This document shows, one piece after another, positions 1 through 13,348 of a stretch of DNA of 64,000 nucleotides. Under the pieces are notes generated by a model that did no database searches, was not told the origin of the DNA, and was given only the letters and a program-made list of their open reading frames with translations. The stretch comes from Octopus vulgaris (Eukaryota): positions 7,626,001-7,690,000 of the forward strand of contig OX597826.1 in assembly GCA_951406725.2 (NCBI GenBank), read 5' to 3'. The position numbers and the translations under genes are program-made. How positions within the stretch are numbered: position 1 is the first letter of the stretch; each line of letters starts with the position of its first letter.

Positions 1-10
1 TATATAAATA

Positions 11-41
<31 letters not shown>

Positions 42-78
42 TTGTTTATATATATATATATATGTATGTATATATATA

Positions 79-1352
79 TTGGGTTACCGGAAAGTTCGTG
101 CTGGTTTTTAAAGGAAGAAAAAGCTCAATAAATACATGCCATTACATTTTTAATCAACCAAATATGAGCCATTTTGTTGGACAATGTATCTCCATCTTTC
201 CTTTAACTTGAAAATACCCACTTCCCAGAATTCAGGTGGTTTCATGGCAAAGAATTCATCAAGTTATCTTTTTACGTCATCCAAGAAATTAAAATTTTTA
301 CCATTAAGACCATTCTGCAGAGACCTAAATAAGTGGAAATCCGAAGGAGCAGGAACTGGTGAATATGGAGGCTGGGATAACACAACCCAGCCGAGTTGCA
401 GCAAATTTTGTATGGTTCCCAAAGAAACGTGCGGTTTTGCTTATCATGTTGGAAAACAGCATCCTTCCTGTTGGCCAATTCTGGACGTTTCTCTTGAATT
501 GCTGCTTTTAACTCGTCTAGTTGTGTGCGGTATTTCTCAGAATTAATTGTCTGGTTACTTGGGAGAAGCTCATGGTACAGAATTCCTTTCCAATCCCACC
601 AGACACAAAGCAATACTTTTTTTAGTGTGAAATCCGCTTTTGGGGTGGCTAAGGGTGGGTCATGTCGCTTAATCCAGGATCTCTCTCTCTGAACATTTCA
701 GTAGATAATCCATTTCTCATAACCTGTTACAATTTGCTTTAAAAAAAGGCGCGTTGTCATTCCGTTTATAAAGCGAATCACAGATGGAAATGCGATCCAA
801 AAGGTTCTTCTCACTCAACCCATGTGGTACCCAATCATCGAAGCGATTTGTGTACCCAAGCTTTCCCGGGTGCTCATGAACGACGGATTTTGATAGGTTG
901 AGGCTTTCTGCCAATTCTCGGGTTTTGCAATGTGGGTTATTCTCAATTAGTGAGTTGATTCGGTTATCATCTGTATTGCATTGTCTGCCTGATCGTTCTT
1001 TGTCAATAAGGCTACAATCTCCAGCTCGGAACCATGCGAACCACTTCCGTACAGTTCTTTCAGATAAAGAAACATCACCGTAAACTGCGCATATTTGTTT
1101 GTTTGCTTGTAAGACATTTTTCCCTTTACGGAAAAAGAAAAGTATCTAGTGCCGAAAATGCACTTTCTATTTTTAAGGGTTACAGAATTAACACAGATTA
1201 TAGGAACATAAACCTTCTTTCACGAAAATATAACTTAAACTGTGCTCTAAATGCAGGTGTAGTCAAGTCCTATCTTATGGACTCAACCATGTTTTAAAAT
1301 ATGTCGACAGGTAAGTTACTATAATTCGGCACGAACTTTCCGGACAACACAA
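79..1352 (-). mobile_element. Full-length mariner DNA transposon (mellifera-like), inactive
   Basis: Left TIR TTGGGTTA-CCGGAAAGTTCGTGCTGGTT (79-) matches the reverse complement of the right end TTGTGTTGTCCGGAAAGTTCGTGCCGAATT (ends 1352); TA on both sides (77-78, 1353-1354); about 1.27 kb, typical mariner length; transposase remnants inside. Confidence 0.93.
150..1175 (-). pseudogene. Mariner transposase pseudogene (frameshifts and stops)
   Basis: Minus-strand translation gives ICAVYG..SERTVRKWFAWFRAG (HTH), WVPHGL (WVPHEL motif), MLCVWWDWKGILYHELL..QTINSEKY..FQHD and HPPYSPVPAPSDFHLF (YSPDLAPSD motif), split over several frames (ORFs 717-914, 272-613). Confidence 0.9.
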
Positions 1353-1788
1353 TATATATGTGCGATTCAATGAGGTGAAGAAAGTAGCACTCAACACATT
1401 TGTTTGGAGTTACATGTACTCGATAGTGATGTGAATCAACTTACGGGATAAATATCTGATGATGTGGGTATGTTCTACGCTCACAAAGCTTTAATGTATA
1501 GGTGAATCAAATTTGATCAATTTTGTACTATTATATATGTAAGTAAGTAAAACCCAAAATTGTATATGTGTACTCTCCGCAATTTTTTCCTTGCTCTTTA
1601 ATTCTAAATCCAATCTTCTGACACGCCTGATTTTACGAAGCCATCGTTACCTCCCTTGTATTAACTAAGAGCTATATATATATATAAATTTATATAAATA
1701 AGGATATGATCGTTATTTGAAATACCGATCATATCAAGTGGCTAGCATGGGAATAAAAACCTCCAAAGGTAATAATTGTTATTAAAAT

Positions 1789-1867
1789 TATAATTAAAGG
1801 TATCTACAAGATACCACCAAGACTGCTATAACTTGCATGGTGGGATCTTTTAGATACCCTTAATTAT
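1789..1867. repeat. Imperfect inverted repeat (about 30-bp arms) in a TA-flanked insert
   Basis: TATAATTAAAGGTATCTACAAGATACCACCA ... TGGTGGGATCTTTTAGATACCCTTAATTATA; a second hairpin GATATGATCG/CGATCATATC lies at about 1703-1735. Confidence 0.7.
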
Positions 1868-2121
1868 ATGTCTATAAACATGCATACATACATGCATATA
1901 TGTAACTTTCAAATGATATATACCGACACATGTATGCAATATATATATACATATGTATAAACTCCCCACAACTGATTTGATTTGAAAAGCCCACTAGAAT
2001 GGGAGCAAGCGCTAATCCGAAATCCAAATGATATGATATGATATATATGTAAAATGTAATATATAAATAAATATCTACAAATATGAACCATCTGATCTGA
2101 TTACCTCAATTTTTCTAATAC

Positions 2122-2189
<68 letters not shown>

Positions 2190-3233
2190 GCATATATACA
2201 TACATAAATGTGCCTATATGAGTATATGAGTGCCTGTGCGTGTGAGAATAGAGAGACAGAATGATAAGGAGTGGAACTAAGTGAAAGATGTAGAGAGGGA
2301 AGTGAAGTGAAGAAGCGAGAGAAAGGAAGTGAGAGGAAGATTGAGAGAGTGTGTATAATAGTAATCAGTCTATGTTGGCTAAACGAGTGTGTTTGACAGT
2401 AATTATATAAAAATAACGAAGCCATTGTGTACAGTTAATCCAACATATTGTCGTCGTACTTCGGTTCCCGGGCCTGCTATGAAACCGTCTCATGCAAAGG
2501 GTAGGGGGAACTTTAGCAACGTACAATACTCCCATTAAAAGAAAATATGGTGGAAATTGAATCATTGAGATTTTACTTCATCGCAGTGTGATGATGATTC
2601 GTCACACCATAATTTCTTCACTATTACGCGAAATCTATTGGTATGTTTGAATTTGACATTCTCATTTTCTCCGTTTCTACTGGTTACAAATCAACATCAC
2701 GGGTGGTACGATTGGAATAGAAAGTGTTGCCAGGTGGTGCTGATTGCATTTTATTGAAACGACTTGCTTGTAGGTTCCCAGAAGTTGCTAGCATGCTGCG
2801 AATTTTGTTGAAGTGTAATTTCTCCACTCACTACATCATTTGTGGTTTCTAAATGAGACTTAGACTAATGCATGCCGTTTTTAGTTCGTTTGCTACCGTT
2901 GTTTATTATTTATTTATTTATTTATTTATTTATGTATTTATTTATTTATTCATTTGATGTAGTTCGGTGTGGGTGGTTCGTGAGGAACATATTTTTTGAG
3001 CCTTACCACTGCAGTCCTTGAAATGTAAACATTTTTAGTTGCCAGGTGGTTCAAAGAATTAGAAGCATTGACTAAATAGCATTAAGACCATTTCAGTAAA
3101 ATTAATTTCATCAAGTACTAGGGTTTAATGGATTTCATTTTTATCAAAGCATCACTGATTTAAACCCCCCTAACAAAATCGATGAATGTTCTGGCAGTAA
3201 AATATATTATGTTGTTTCGTTAATAACATTCCG

Positions 3234-3293
<60 letters not shown>

Positions 3294-3354
3294 AATCATT
3301 ATTATTATCATCATCATTATTATTATTATTATTATTATTATATTTATTATTATG

Positions 3355-3398
<44 letters not shown>

Positions 3399-4039
3399 CA
3401 TTATTATCATTGTTGTTGTTGTTATTTTGCATTTGCAGTAGTTTCATGCGAGGTTTTTCAATGCACCGCCAGGTGCAGCTCTCTGTTCCCAAAGTGTGTG
3501 TAGCATTGTCATTTAAAGAAATAGAGAGTCCAATACGATGCGTCTCATTTGCAGTATTATAAAATTTCTTCGTTTTTTTGGGAGTACTTTTTTTTCTTTT
3601 GTTAAATTTGTACATTTTGCTGGTGAAATATTTCTACATTCTGTGTTATGTTCCATTTTTTATGATATAATACCTGGGAGAGAGAATTTTATTGAATACT
3701 TTATTTATCAGTTACTTTATAAGACTGAATGTGTATGGAATAGAAGGCGCAGTTTACGTAGCGTGAATATTATTTGAATTCTGTATCAAGTTACCAACTC
3801 CGTTCTTATTGTTTTCTCCTTTTTTTTAAAAAAAAAGGATTTTTCTTCCTATTTCATTACCGTGAAGATCACTTATTAGTCTTATACTTTAATTTAGAAA
3901 TAACAAGAGCTAGGAATTAAATTAAAGAGGTCTACACACACAGGCACACACAGTATATATGTATGCATCTATATAGATAAATATGTGTGTGTATATGCTA
4001 ATATCGAACAGTGAGAATAAGTGCTCAACTCCACACACA

Positions 4040-4081
<42 letters not shown>

Positions 4082-4184
4082 GTATATACACATGTATATA
4101 TATATATATATATAGATAGATAGATAGATGCATATATATAAGTGCACATATATATGCATATCTATGTGCATATATATATATAGT

Positions 4185-4400
4185 TAATCCAAACATGAAA
4201 ACACAAACAAAGAGAAAACACAACACACAACAATGCGAGGACGTGGAACAAGTATAGTGTTATTGGACGCTCAGGAAAGGAAAGAAAGAAGGAGGATTTA
4301 ACGTTTCGAGCAGTGCGCTTCGTCTGAAACATAGAAAAAGGAAAGATTCTTGGAATTGGAGACGGAGGAAAAAAAATCACCCACGACACACACGCGGTCA
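4185..4400 (-). mobile_element. PLE pseudo-LTR-like short insert with a degenerate hammerhead
   Basis: Minus strand GTTT-CAGACGA-A-GCGC.ACT.GCTC-GAAA-CGTT-AAAT; shares ACGCTCAGGAA...ACGTTTCGAGC with the copies at 31447, 36085 and 47050; adjacent to (TA)n. Confidence 0.55.
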
Positions 4401-4904
4401 CATATTGCTTCTTGTTGCTGAGGACACTAGTCAGCACATGTACTGCGAGAAATAAGAGTTAAAACAACTCATAGCCACAAGAAGCACCTTATCGTAATGA
4501 CTAACAACAGAGGCAACCAGCTTCAGCTCCTAAGCTTAGCCAGATCGCAGTGATTTTGCATTTATTCCCGCCTAGTGCGTTACGTTAAACTCAACTCGCC
4601 TTTGTCAGCTTATATAATTATCGTAGATATCATCCGCTGATTTCCTAAACGGTAAAAGTGAAAATTATATATAATGAGGGTGACTTGCTCGCAATTTTAT
4701 AAGCTAAAGGCAGAAATATATGCGTCACTAATGTGACTGAGGTTGTCAGCATTAAGTGTTGCTAGAAATAAGAGTTAAAACAATTGATAGCCACAAGAAG
4801 CACCTTAGCTTAATGACTGACAAGTAAAAATTGTAAACAAAAAGATATCTTGTTCGCATTAACATAAATGCGAAATCACTGTGATTTGGTTATGCCTAGT
4901 CGCT

Positions 4905-5080
4905 AAGGGCACTTAGCGGCATTTCGTTCATCGTCATGTGCTGAGTTTAAATTCCGTCGAGGTCCACTTTGCCTGGTATCTTTCGGAATCGATAAATTAA
5001 GTACCAGTCAAGCATTTGAGTCGATGTAATCGACTTAACCCCCCAAAAAAATCTCAAGCTTTGTACCTATGGAAGAAAGT

Positions 5081-5151
<71 letters not shown>

Positions 5152-5710
5152 CAATAACAATATAAATAATGAATACAGGTAGAACTCATTTTTGCCAGCT
5201 GAGTGGACTGGAGCAATGTGAAATAAAGTGTGTTGCTTAAGGACACAACGCGTTGCCGGGAATCGAATTCACGACCTTACAATCGTGAGCCGAATGCCCC
5301 TAACCACTAAGCCACGCGCTTTCACTATACCAAAATATAAAACCATTATAAATTGCAACCTGGCTAAAACGTTAGCATGCTGGGCAATATACTTCGTCCG
5401 GCTTTACAATCTCAGCTGAAACTTCCACCGAGGTCTATTGTGCCTTTCATCGTATCGGGGTCGATAAAATAAATGCCGATTGCGCACTGTGATCGAGGCA
5501 ATCGATTTACACCACCACAACCAGCTTCCCTTAAAGTAGCTACCCTTGTGCCAAATTGTGAAGCCATTATTAATATTCTTTTCTACTCTATCCTCAAGGC
5601 TCATAATTTTGGAAGAGTGAGCCAGTCGATTAGATAGACCTCAATACGCAACTGGTGTTTAATTTATCGATTCCGAAAGGATGAAAGGCAAAGGCGCCCT
5701 CGGCGAAATA
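4905..5710. mobile_element. Cluster of tRNA-derived SINEs (family D, MetaSINE-like core; plus a family B head at 5180-5322, minus)
   Basis: Core GAGTTCAAATTCCGCCGAGGTCGACTTTGCCTTTCATCCTTTCGGGGTCGATAAAWTAAGTACCAG in degenerate copies at 4905-5080(+), 5360-5570(+) and 5575-5710(-); (TAA)n tail 5084-5165. Confidence 0.75.
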
Positions 5711-5864
5711 AACCATGATTAATATTAATGTATAAAAGAGAGCGTTTTAGGGAAGACATTATATTCTGGCTCTTTCCAGTCTAAGTTCCAATTCTGCCCA
5801 TGTCAGCTTCATAAAGCATCATCCAAGTACTTGTGTCAGTTGAATCGACTTACTCCCTCTGTTT

Positions 5865-6230
5865 TCTGCACTGTGGTAAGAAATTTGCTTCCCAAGTTCA
5901 TGGCTCTGAGTTCAATCTTCCAGTGTCACACTTTTGAACATATAACTTCTACTATAGACTCAGAATGACAAAGCCTTTGGTCACGATGACCAAAGCTTTA
6001 CTAGACGGACATGTGTGTATGTGTGTGCGTGCGAGCTTGTCCTCCATCACTGCTTGACCGCTGTTTCTGTGTTTATGTCTCTGTAACTTAGCGATTCGGC
6101 AGACTAATCGATCAAATAAATATCAAGCTTAAGAAACAAATTAGTATCGCGGTCGATCTATTCGATTGAAAATTCTTGAAGGCGGTGCCCGAGCATGGCT
6201 GAAGTCTAATAATTGAAACAAGTAAAAGCT
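5865..6230 (+). mobile_element. Old SINE family C copy
   Basis: Degenerate match to the 35614/41108/45038 copies (CTGTGGTAAG...TTCTACTATAG...TAGACGGA...CTTAGCG...AGCATGGC...GAAACAAGTAAAAG). Confidence 0.65.
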
Positions 6231-7199
6231 GAAAGGTTTACGAAGCAAGTATGGTTGCCATTATATGATATACGCCGTTGCTGTAGCAGCATATTCTCCG
6301 AGAGAAAAATAAAAACTAACGTCATTTAGAAGAATTTCTTTTAGTTTACAAAGAAATTTTGTAAATTATTGATTATGTTTTTTTACCAATAGCAACTCCA
6401 GTTACTACCACATTTAAAAACCTTGCTTTTTATCTACAATTCGAATTATTTTCCTCTAAATTTCCATCACCCAACCTCCACCTCTTCCATCAATATTGAT
6501 GTTTTTCTTGTTGCTGTTGTTGTCTTGCTTTGCTTGTGACTGCTGCTGCAGTTGCTGTCGGTGTTATAACTGACAATTGTTGTTCCAATCCAGAGAACAA
6601 TTTGTCTGATAAATGCTTGTTAACGTTTTCTTGTCTAAAAATAAAAAAGTTTAACTGTCTGGGCAATTACCATTCGCATTGCTGATTTGCTTTTTTGTTT
6701 TGCACAGTCTCTGTTTCTAATTATTATATTTGCTTGCATACCTTCAGACATTTTCCTTTGATTAACATACTTGTTTTGTTTTTTATTTTGTTTTGTTTGC
6801 TGAGTTTTTTTGGGGTTTTTTTTTTCACTCACACATCTCTCTCTGCTTTTGCAATCAATACGAACAGGTACATCTTTCTGTTATCACAAAGTCTAATTCT
6901 TGTTTGAAGAGGAATTCTCAGGAATATGCAAAAAGAATATTCCTTAGGATACTATACGAATCAGATTACCGATGATTACTCAGCAATTTTAGTCTGTTTA
7001 CATACGCTGTTCAAAATTCCAGTTTTCCTTCTACACGTCCCCATTACTTAGTGGTGCAGCAAAAGAAACCGAGAGTACGAACTTTAAAAATAAGAACTGA
7101 AGTGAAGTGGATTTGTTCGACTCTACAAGGCAGTGGCCTAGCAAGACCGCCATCCAATGAGTGAAGTAAAGGATAAAATATAAAACAATGTTTGTGTGT

Positions 7200-7533
7200 A
7201 ACCCCCTTCGGTCATGACACTGACCGTGGGATTGCACCTAGAAAGTTACCCTCCTAGGCACAAGTACGTGCAAGGTTGTTTATGGTAGACCAGCAGTCGC
7301 CCATGCATACCGGTCTCCCCTCTCCACGCCACCAGTGTTATCCAAGGGAAAGGGAAAGGCTGATACAGCTTGGCACCTGCGACGTCGCAACACATTTCTA
7401 CAGCCGAGTGAACTGGAGCAACGTGAAATAAAGTGTCTTGCTCAAGAACACAACACGCAGCCCGGTCCGGGATTCGAGCTCACAACCTCACGATCGTAAG
7501 CTCGACGCTCTAACCACTGAGCCATGCGCCTTC
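7200..7533 (-). mobile_element. tRNA-derived SINE family B
   Basis: Reverse complement of the 14336-14672 copy: head AAGGCGCATGGCTCAGTGGTTAGAGCG (A box), GAGCTCGAATCCC (B box), core TTGAGCAAGACACTT...CTCCAGTTCACTC.GCTGTA, tail ATGACCGAAGGGG. Confidence 0.88.
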
Positions 7534-8461
7534 ACTTATTTTAAAACCTATGCAACACTAATTGCCTTTGTTCTTAAGCATAAGTCATCTTATCAAAAAA
7601 TCTCTGAAATTTTGAGATCCTTCAAATATTCTTTTAATACAATCGCGTACAACGAATACTTTATACCAACACAATATATTATCTGCGGTTTTCATTTCCC
7701 TTTCGTAACCTGTATTGATCTGACATTTGTTCAATTCTTCACAATTTCGTCCAGGTTCGCAATTTATCCCGGAATGTCGTTACTGAAGAAAGTCTCAGAG
7801 AATCCCAATTGCAGGTTTTGTCATGTAACACTTCTCCATTTATATATCTATAAATATTTTATCAAATAACCATTAATCTCTTGGTTTAATGCTCCCTTCT
7901 CTGGTTCCTTTAAATATCCGTAGCTACGCGATTATGTCTTGCCAGCAGTTAGTCCTGCTCCTACGCCATCAAACTTCATAGTTCTACTGCAAAGTGAATT
8001 ATCTACAATGTTTGGGAACGAAAACCAATTTCCCACAATGCATCCCTTTTCCACTCTGTTGTAATTCATTCATCTTCTTTCTTACACGGCATCTCAAACT
8101 TTGTTTTCTTAAACACAACCATACATATATACACAATCTTCTCTCACCCTCAATTTTTTTCACGCATCGAGACATGTTAATTACATCAGCTGTCACTAAA
8201 ACTACTCTATTATATCAGTTATTGACATCTTTTTTTTTCCGATCGTATAAGTCGCGGTAATTTTCATAAAAATCTAAGTCTTCATAGTTCTGTATTAAAT
8301 TATAGTGAAGTTATGAAATACAGAATAGAACAGAAATAAATTACTTGTGGTGTTCTGTTATGGAATTCATCGAAATCCGAAGCAGCATAATTTCCTTAAT
8401 ATGTGTGGGCTTGGGCCAATACTAGAAATCGCTATCACCGTTTAATCCTTTCTCATTTCTG

Positions 8462-8476
8462 TTGTTATTATTATTG

Positions 8477-8526
<50 letters not shown>

Positions 8527-9200
8527 TGTTGAAAACTCTCAGCGTATCTTGCTGGGTATAATGGAAAGTTTTATCAGCCCACAGCCAACAGACGAAAGTA
8601 ACAGTGGTTTACTGATCATCCTGCAAGGACCCTATGGAGAACTCTTACAGTTCCAAGCAATAATGATTTTTTTTGTATGTGTTCTATATTTATATTTGTA
8701 CCGATCTTTTTGAGCCATGTTGGTAGTTGAGAGCTTATACTTCCAAGTGCACCAATTACTATTGATATCACGTCCACTTACTTCAATGCCACCAACCTGC
8801 GTATTTCTCACTTCAATTCATCATATCTGTTCATTTATTCTTCTTGTTTCTTTTCGATCTTGTTGTCACCGGGACATGCTATGTCGTTCATCATCCGAGT
8901 TTTTTCTTTTCTTTTCGTTCACCACAACAATGCCGGGTTTCCGATGACTGATCTGATAGTCAAACTGAATCATTGCATCCCACAAGATGTTGTAATCTTC
9001 ATTCTCAGTAACGTCATCTAAGAGTTGGTCATACCACGTTTTAGATCTTTCTAGGTCATAATCTCCACACAGATCCCAACTGGTCTTTCTTCCTGCATTG
9101 TCATATCGTCTTTTTTATTGGCATTGTGCCAGTTTCGGGTATTCACAATTAAACGTGCCTCACCGTTTCATCACTCTCATTACACATCCTGCATTTATCA
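8462..9200 (-). mobile_element. R4/Dong-type non-LTR retrotransposon 3' fragment (restriction-like endonuclease) with (TAA)n tail
   Basis: Minus-strand degenerate translation ILWDAMIQFDYQISHRKPGIVVV ... DIACPGD ... YDELK.EIRRL ... VISIVIGALGS, preceded by an RHD/W.LC-like segment; the 3' end runs into a (TAA)n array, the known Dong target. Confidence 0.8.
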
Positions 9201-9284
9201 CTCACAGTTCTGATGTCAATACTGCACTTCACGTAGTTCGTCTTCAATGCTTCTTTTACCCTTTAATTCTGAGAGGGTTAACAA

Positions 9285-9470
9285 ACATGAACATGGCACT
9301 CCGTCGGCTACAACGACAAGGCTTTCAGTTCATCTGATCAACGGAACAGCCTGCTTGTGAAATTAACGTGCAGGTTGCCGAGCGCTCTACAGACACGCGT
9401 ACCTTTAACGTAATTATCAGGGTGATTCAGTGTAACACAGGATATGACAGAGCTGGATCTTTCAGATATG
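9285..9470 (+). mobile_element. Interspersed repeat family E (second copy 11690-11790; degenerate copy about 59710-59880)
   Basis: ATGGCACTC.GTCGGCTAC.ACGACAAGGCTTTCAGTTCATC.GATCAA.GGAACAGCCTGCT...GAAATTAACGTGCAGGTTGCCGAGCGCT is shared between 9292 and 11698. Confidence 0.7.
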
Positions 9471-9884
9471 TTTCTTCATGTACCACGCACATCCGTCCTT
9501 TTGCTTCTATCTTCAGGTCACTTCTCTGCATCCATAATCACCTGTCTTCTTTATCTGTCTTGACGTTCACATCTCTTGCAAACTAACTCTATATTTCCCT
9601 TCTCATGATATTTTTCTCGTACTTTTTCATCTTTAAGTTTTTACTTCTTTACACAATTATCAATTTTCACGATGCCTTATTTCTTCACGTGTTTCAGAAA
9701 TGGTTACCCGCCATTGTTTGTGTCCTATTCTTACCTGTTCTTATCTGCTCTAACACAATCCTGACAACTTATCGAACCTCTCTCACACTTTCTTCTAGAC
9801 AGATACACCCTATCAATGATAAGCTTAGGATGGAATGTCCCATGTTAATATTTCCGTATCTTCCATTGTCATCAGTTCATCATT

Positions 9885-10340
9885 AAGACGGTGAGCTGGC
9901 AAAATGGTTCGCACGGCGGAGAAAATGCTTTGCAGCATTTCGCCTGTCTATAGGTTCTGAGTTCAACTTCTGCCGAGATCGACTTTGCCTTTCACCCTTT
10001 CGGGATTGGTAAAATATGTACCCCTTGAGCTCTCGGATCAATGTATTTGACTATGTCCATTTCCCCCAAATTACTGGCCTTTTGCCAGAATTGAAGCCAT
10101 CATTATTGTTGCTAAGGTAGCGAGGTAGCAGAATCTTTGGCACGCTGGGCAAAATGCTCAGTGGCATTTCGTACATCTTTACGTTCTGAGTTCAAATTCT
10201 ACCAAGGTCGACTTTACTTTTTATCCTTTCGGAATCGATTACATAAATATCAGTCGCGTACCGATGCCGGGATAATAGACGAACAATCCCACCTCCCCAC
10301 AAAATTGCCAGCATTGCGTCTATAGCAGAAAGAATTATTA
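9885..10340 (+). mobile_element. Two tandem SINE family D copies
   Basis: GG.GAGCTGGCA..A..GTT.GCACG head plus the GGTCGACTTTGCCTTTCATCCTTTCGG core, twice (9885-10110, 10115-10340). Confidence 0.75.
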
Positions 10341-12342
10341 ATATCATTATTACTCTCATCACTACTATAATCACAAACACAATTTTTTTTTTCTTGAATC
10401 AAATATAACAAAAATGGATGAAACATTTTATTATCCTACTGTACTTGAAAACCTCGCATTGCAACCAGTTTTATGTACATTAAACATCTATTTTTACTTC
10501 TATATCAGTGATTCGAAACATTGCACCGTATCAAATATTTTAAAATTATTTCTTACGGCCATTACCTAGCAGCATAAATTCCACGAATATTCCATATCTA
10601 CTGTGCGGCGTGTAACTGTATTACAACTTGTATTGTAACCGCTAGACATTAGTAGTTGGCAATGCACAATAAGATATCCTATCTTCGTGTTGAACTAGCA
10701 TATTTTACTGAGTGACGGTGCTTCGGAACAGATAGCATCTTCTTGCTCGTATGAACTCTATTGCTCTACTGCAATTATCGCTGCACAGCGGAAAGTGCGT
10801 GGTAGCAGTTTGTACACCAAATCAGAAATTGTCGATATGAAACAGAAATGTTTATCGATAATCGATTCCATAAGCTTATTTTAAGAACGGGAGATATTGA
10901 GAAATGTAGAAGGAGGATAAATAAATGCATTAAGATAAATTTCAGGTTAGAAGAGAAGGTGCAATATAATAAATTGATCGATTAATGCTATAATGGCAGT
11001 ATTATCAAGAGGTTTGGCTGTGTTCATAAAATATGCTAATAATATTTCGGTCGAGGGCCGCAGCTGTCAAATGCAATCAGCGGGTCTTATGTCGTCCAAG
11101 GGGTCCCCAGTTTGCATCCAGCTATTAGCATTGAAATATAGCCGAACCTTCATGTTAATGACACACTACAACCCGCCGTAAAAATTAGTTTTGATGCAAG
11201 TTGATGGATCGTTATTACAGCAGTCATGTGGATTATTAAAAGCAAGTATTTATTGATGTTGCGTAGAAAGCGTGAAAGACAACGAAGAAGACGCTTCATA
11301 ATATCCCAGACTAGTTTGGGATATTATGACTGATTTTTTAAAATGAATTTTGATTAGTTGTAGTAATCTATGCATAATTGCACCATGACAAGAAGCTAAC
11401 TGTACATATAGTCTGTTTAAAACGGCATTTCAATAGGTGAATGTGTCCATATGTGAGTTTTCGTTCAGCTAATATCTACAATGATAACAAGATTTGACAG
11501 AAATTAGTAATTCTAAGTAATAAATGCCTTAACAATCATTTTCCTATATTACGGAGCAGATTTAGTCAATGAGTATATCAAGCGGTAAATTCACTCTGCA
11601 AGTTTACTTTCGCAGGACCATATCTACTAACATTCCACTTTCAAATTCTGCCGTGGTTAACACCGCCTTTAATTTTGATAGGGTTAACAAATATGAACAT
11701 GGCACTCAGTCGGCTACGACGACAAGGCTTTCAGTTCATCGGATCAAAGGAACAGCCTGCTCCAGAAATTAACGTGCAGGTTGCCGAGCGCTATCTATCC
11801 TTTTTCACATGTTGCCAACTTTCAGTATATATAGATTTGTTAGCGCGAAAATGATTACCTGGTAAGGCAATATTACATTTTCTAGGGAGGTGGTACTAAT
11901 TCTATACATAGCGACATCCTAATCTCCATGTTAAGGCCAACCGAATCATGCGTTGCCAATACTCTCTAGATTGGAGTCTCGACTCCCTGCTCCTTAGAGT
12001 GTATTGATCATGGGTCACCTCAAACGGTACTCTAATGACTTACTTATCCATCCACTTCTTGCCAGTTAGATTATGTCAACACCCCATAGGTTTCACAGTC
12101 TCTACACGTCTAATTTCTTCAATCCGAGACTGTCATCCCTTTGGAATTCTTTGCTTATAACTGCTTTCCCTTCAACAAAATAATCCCAGCTACTCAAACA
12201 GAATAATCAGCCCCTTCGACCTCATAAATTTTAGAAGAACGCCACAATCCTTAGCTGAACTGTTTCCATCAAATCGAGAATTAAAATTTATACGAAAAAA
12301 ACATTAACATTATGTCTACTTCTGTTTCTTTTAGTAAATTGA

Positions 12343-12556
12343 CCCTTTAGCATTCAGATTACGCCTTAAATTGTAATGTTTTTTTATTCAATTGTTTTGA
12401 ATTATCCATACATTGTCTTACAACTCTGATATTTTAATCCTGTGATTGTTTATTTTTAGAATGACATTGTAGGTTTGTAGTGAAAGGTCGGATCTGGCCA
12501 GATTGAACACAAAGCAGAATATTTGGGTCGGATATAACTCTTTAAATGCTAATGGG
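12343..12556. mobile_element. piggyBac-like MITE (about 214 bp)
   Basis: Termini CCCTTTAGCATT ... AATGCTAATGGG; flanks TTGA and TAAA look like decayed TTAA target duplications. Confidence 0.6.
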
Positions 12557-13304
12557 TAAAAAGAAAACATATTTCTTTATTGAGTGTGAATTTACTGTAT
12601 TGCGTGGCAAAATCCTAGACCAGGTTTCCATTCAGAGCGATTAGATTGCTGTATGTGCGGCACGACGTGCCTGCCCTGTTACTTTCGTACTAAGTTCTGC
12701 CCATAATTGAATATATGCTTGTTTGAAGACAACCTTGCCACCCTACAATAAATTATTTATTTGAGAGATGGTCGACAATAGGGACATCGTTGTAGTTATG
12801 TGTTCTTAGACTAAATATACATTTGTTGACTGTCGGTACTTACAAAGAGAGGGCACTTGATTTTGTTGTGCCATAGTAATCTGCGAGTCACTGCCAGTGT
12901 TCTGTTTCAGTCTATAAAGCTGCCTTCCATAACCGGTATTTTCTTGTTATTTGGATGTTATTTCTTGGTATTGTTATGCATTGTTTTATCCTTAATATTG
13001 TTCTCCTTTGTTATTCTTGATTTCGACCGTTTACTCCATCTAATTCCTCCGATATTTTTACATTTAAATCTTCCATTTTGTTGTCAAATTCTTGGGCGCT
13101 TGTGGCCGAAAAGATAAATCATTATCATCATCCTCCTCTTCTCCGTCATCGCCCTTAACTTACACCACCACCACCATGACCACCGCGCCACCTCCAACAT
13201 TACTACTACTACTACTACAACTACAACTACAGGCTTTTTTAGTCTTCTACATTTTCCTCTTCATCTGCATCGTCATCATATTTCTTCTTCCTCTTTTTCT
13301 TATG

Positions 13305-13348
<44 letters not shown>

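Noticed and set aside
4445-4822. About 60-bp direct repeat (GAAATAAGAGTTAAAACAA...GCACCTTA) 317 bp apart, LTR-like
   Set aside because: No TG..CA ends, PBS/PPT or TSD; more likely a local duplication or two fragments of one repeat.
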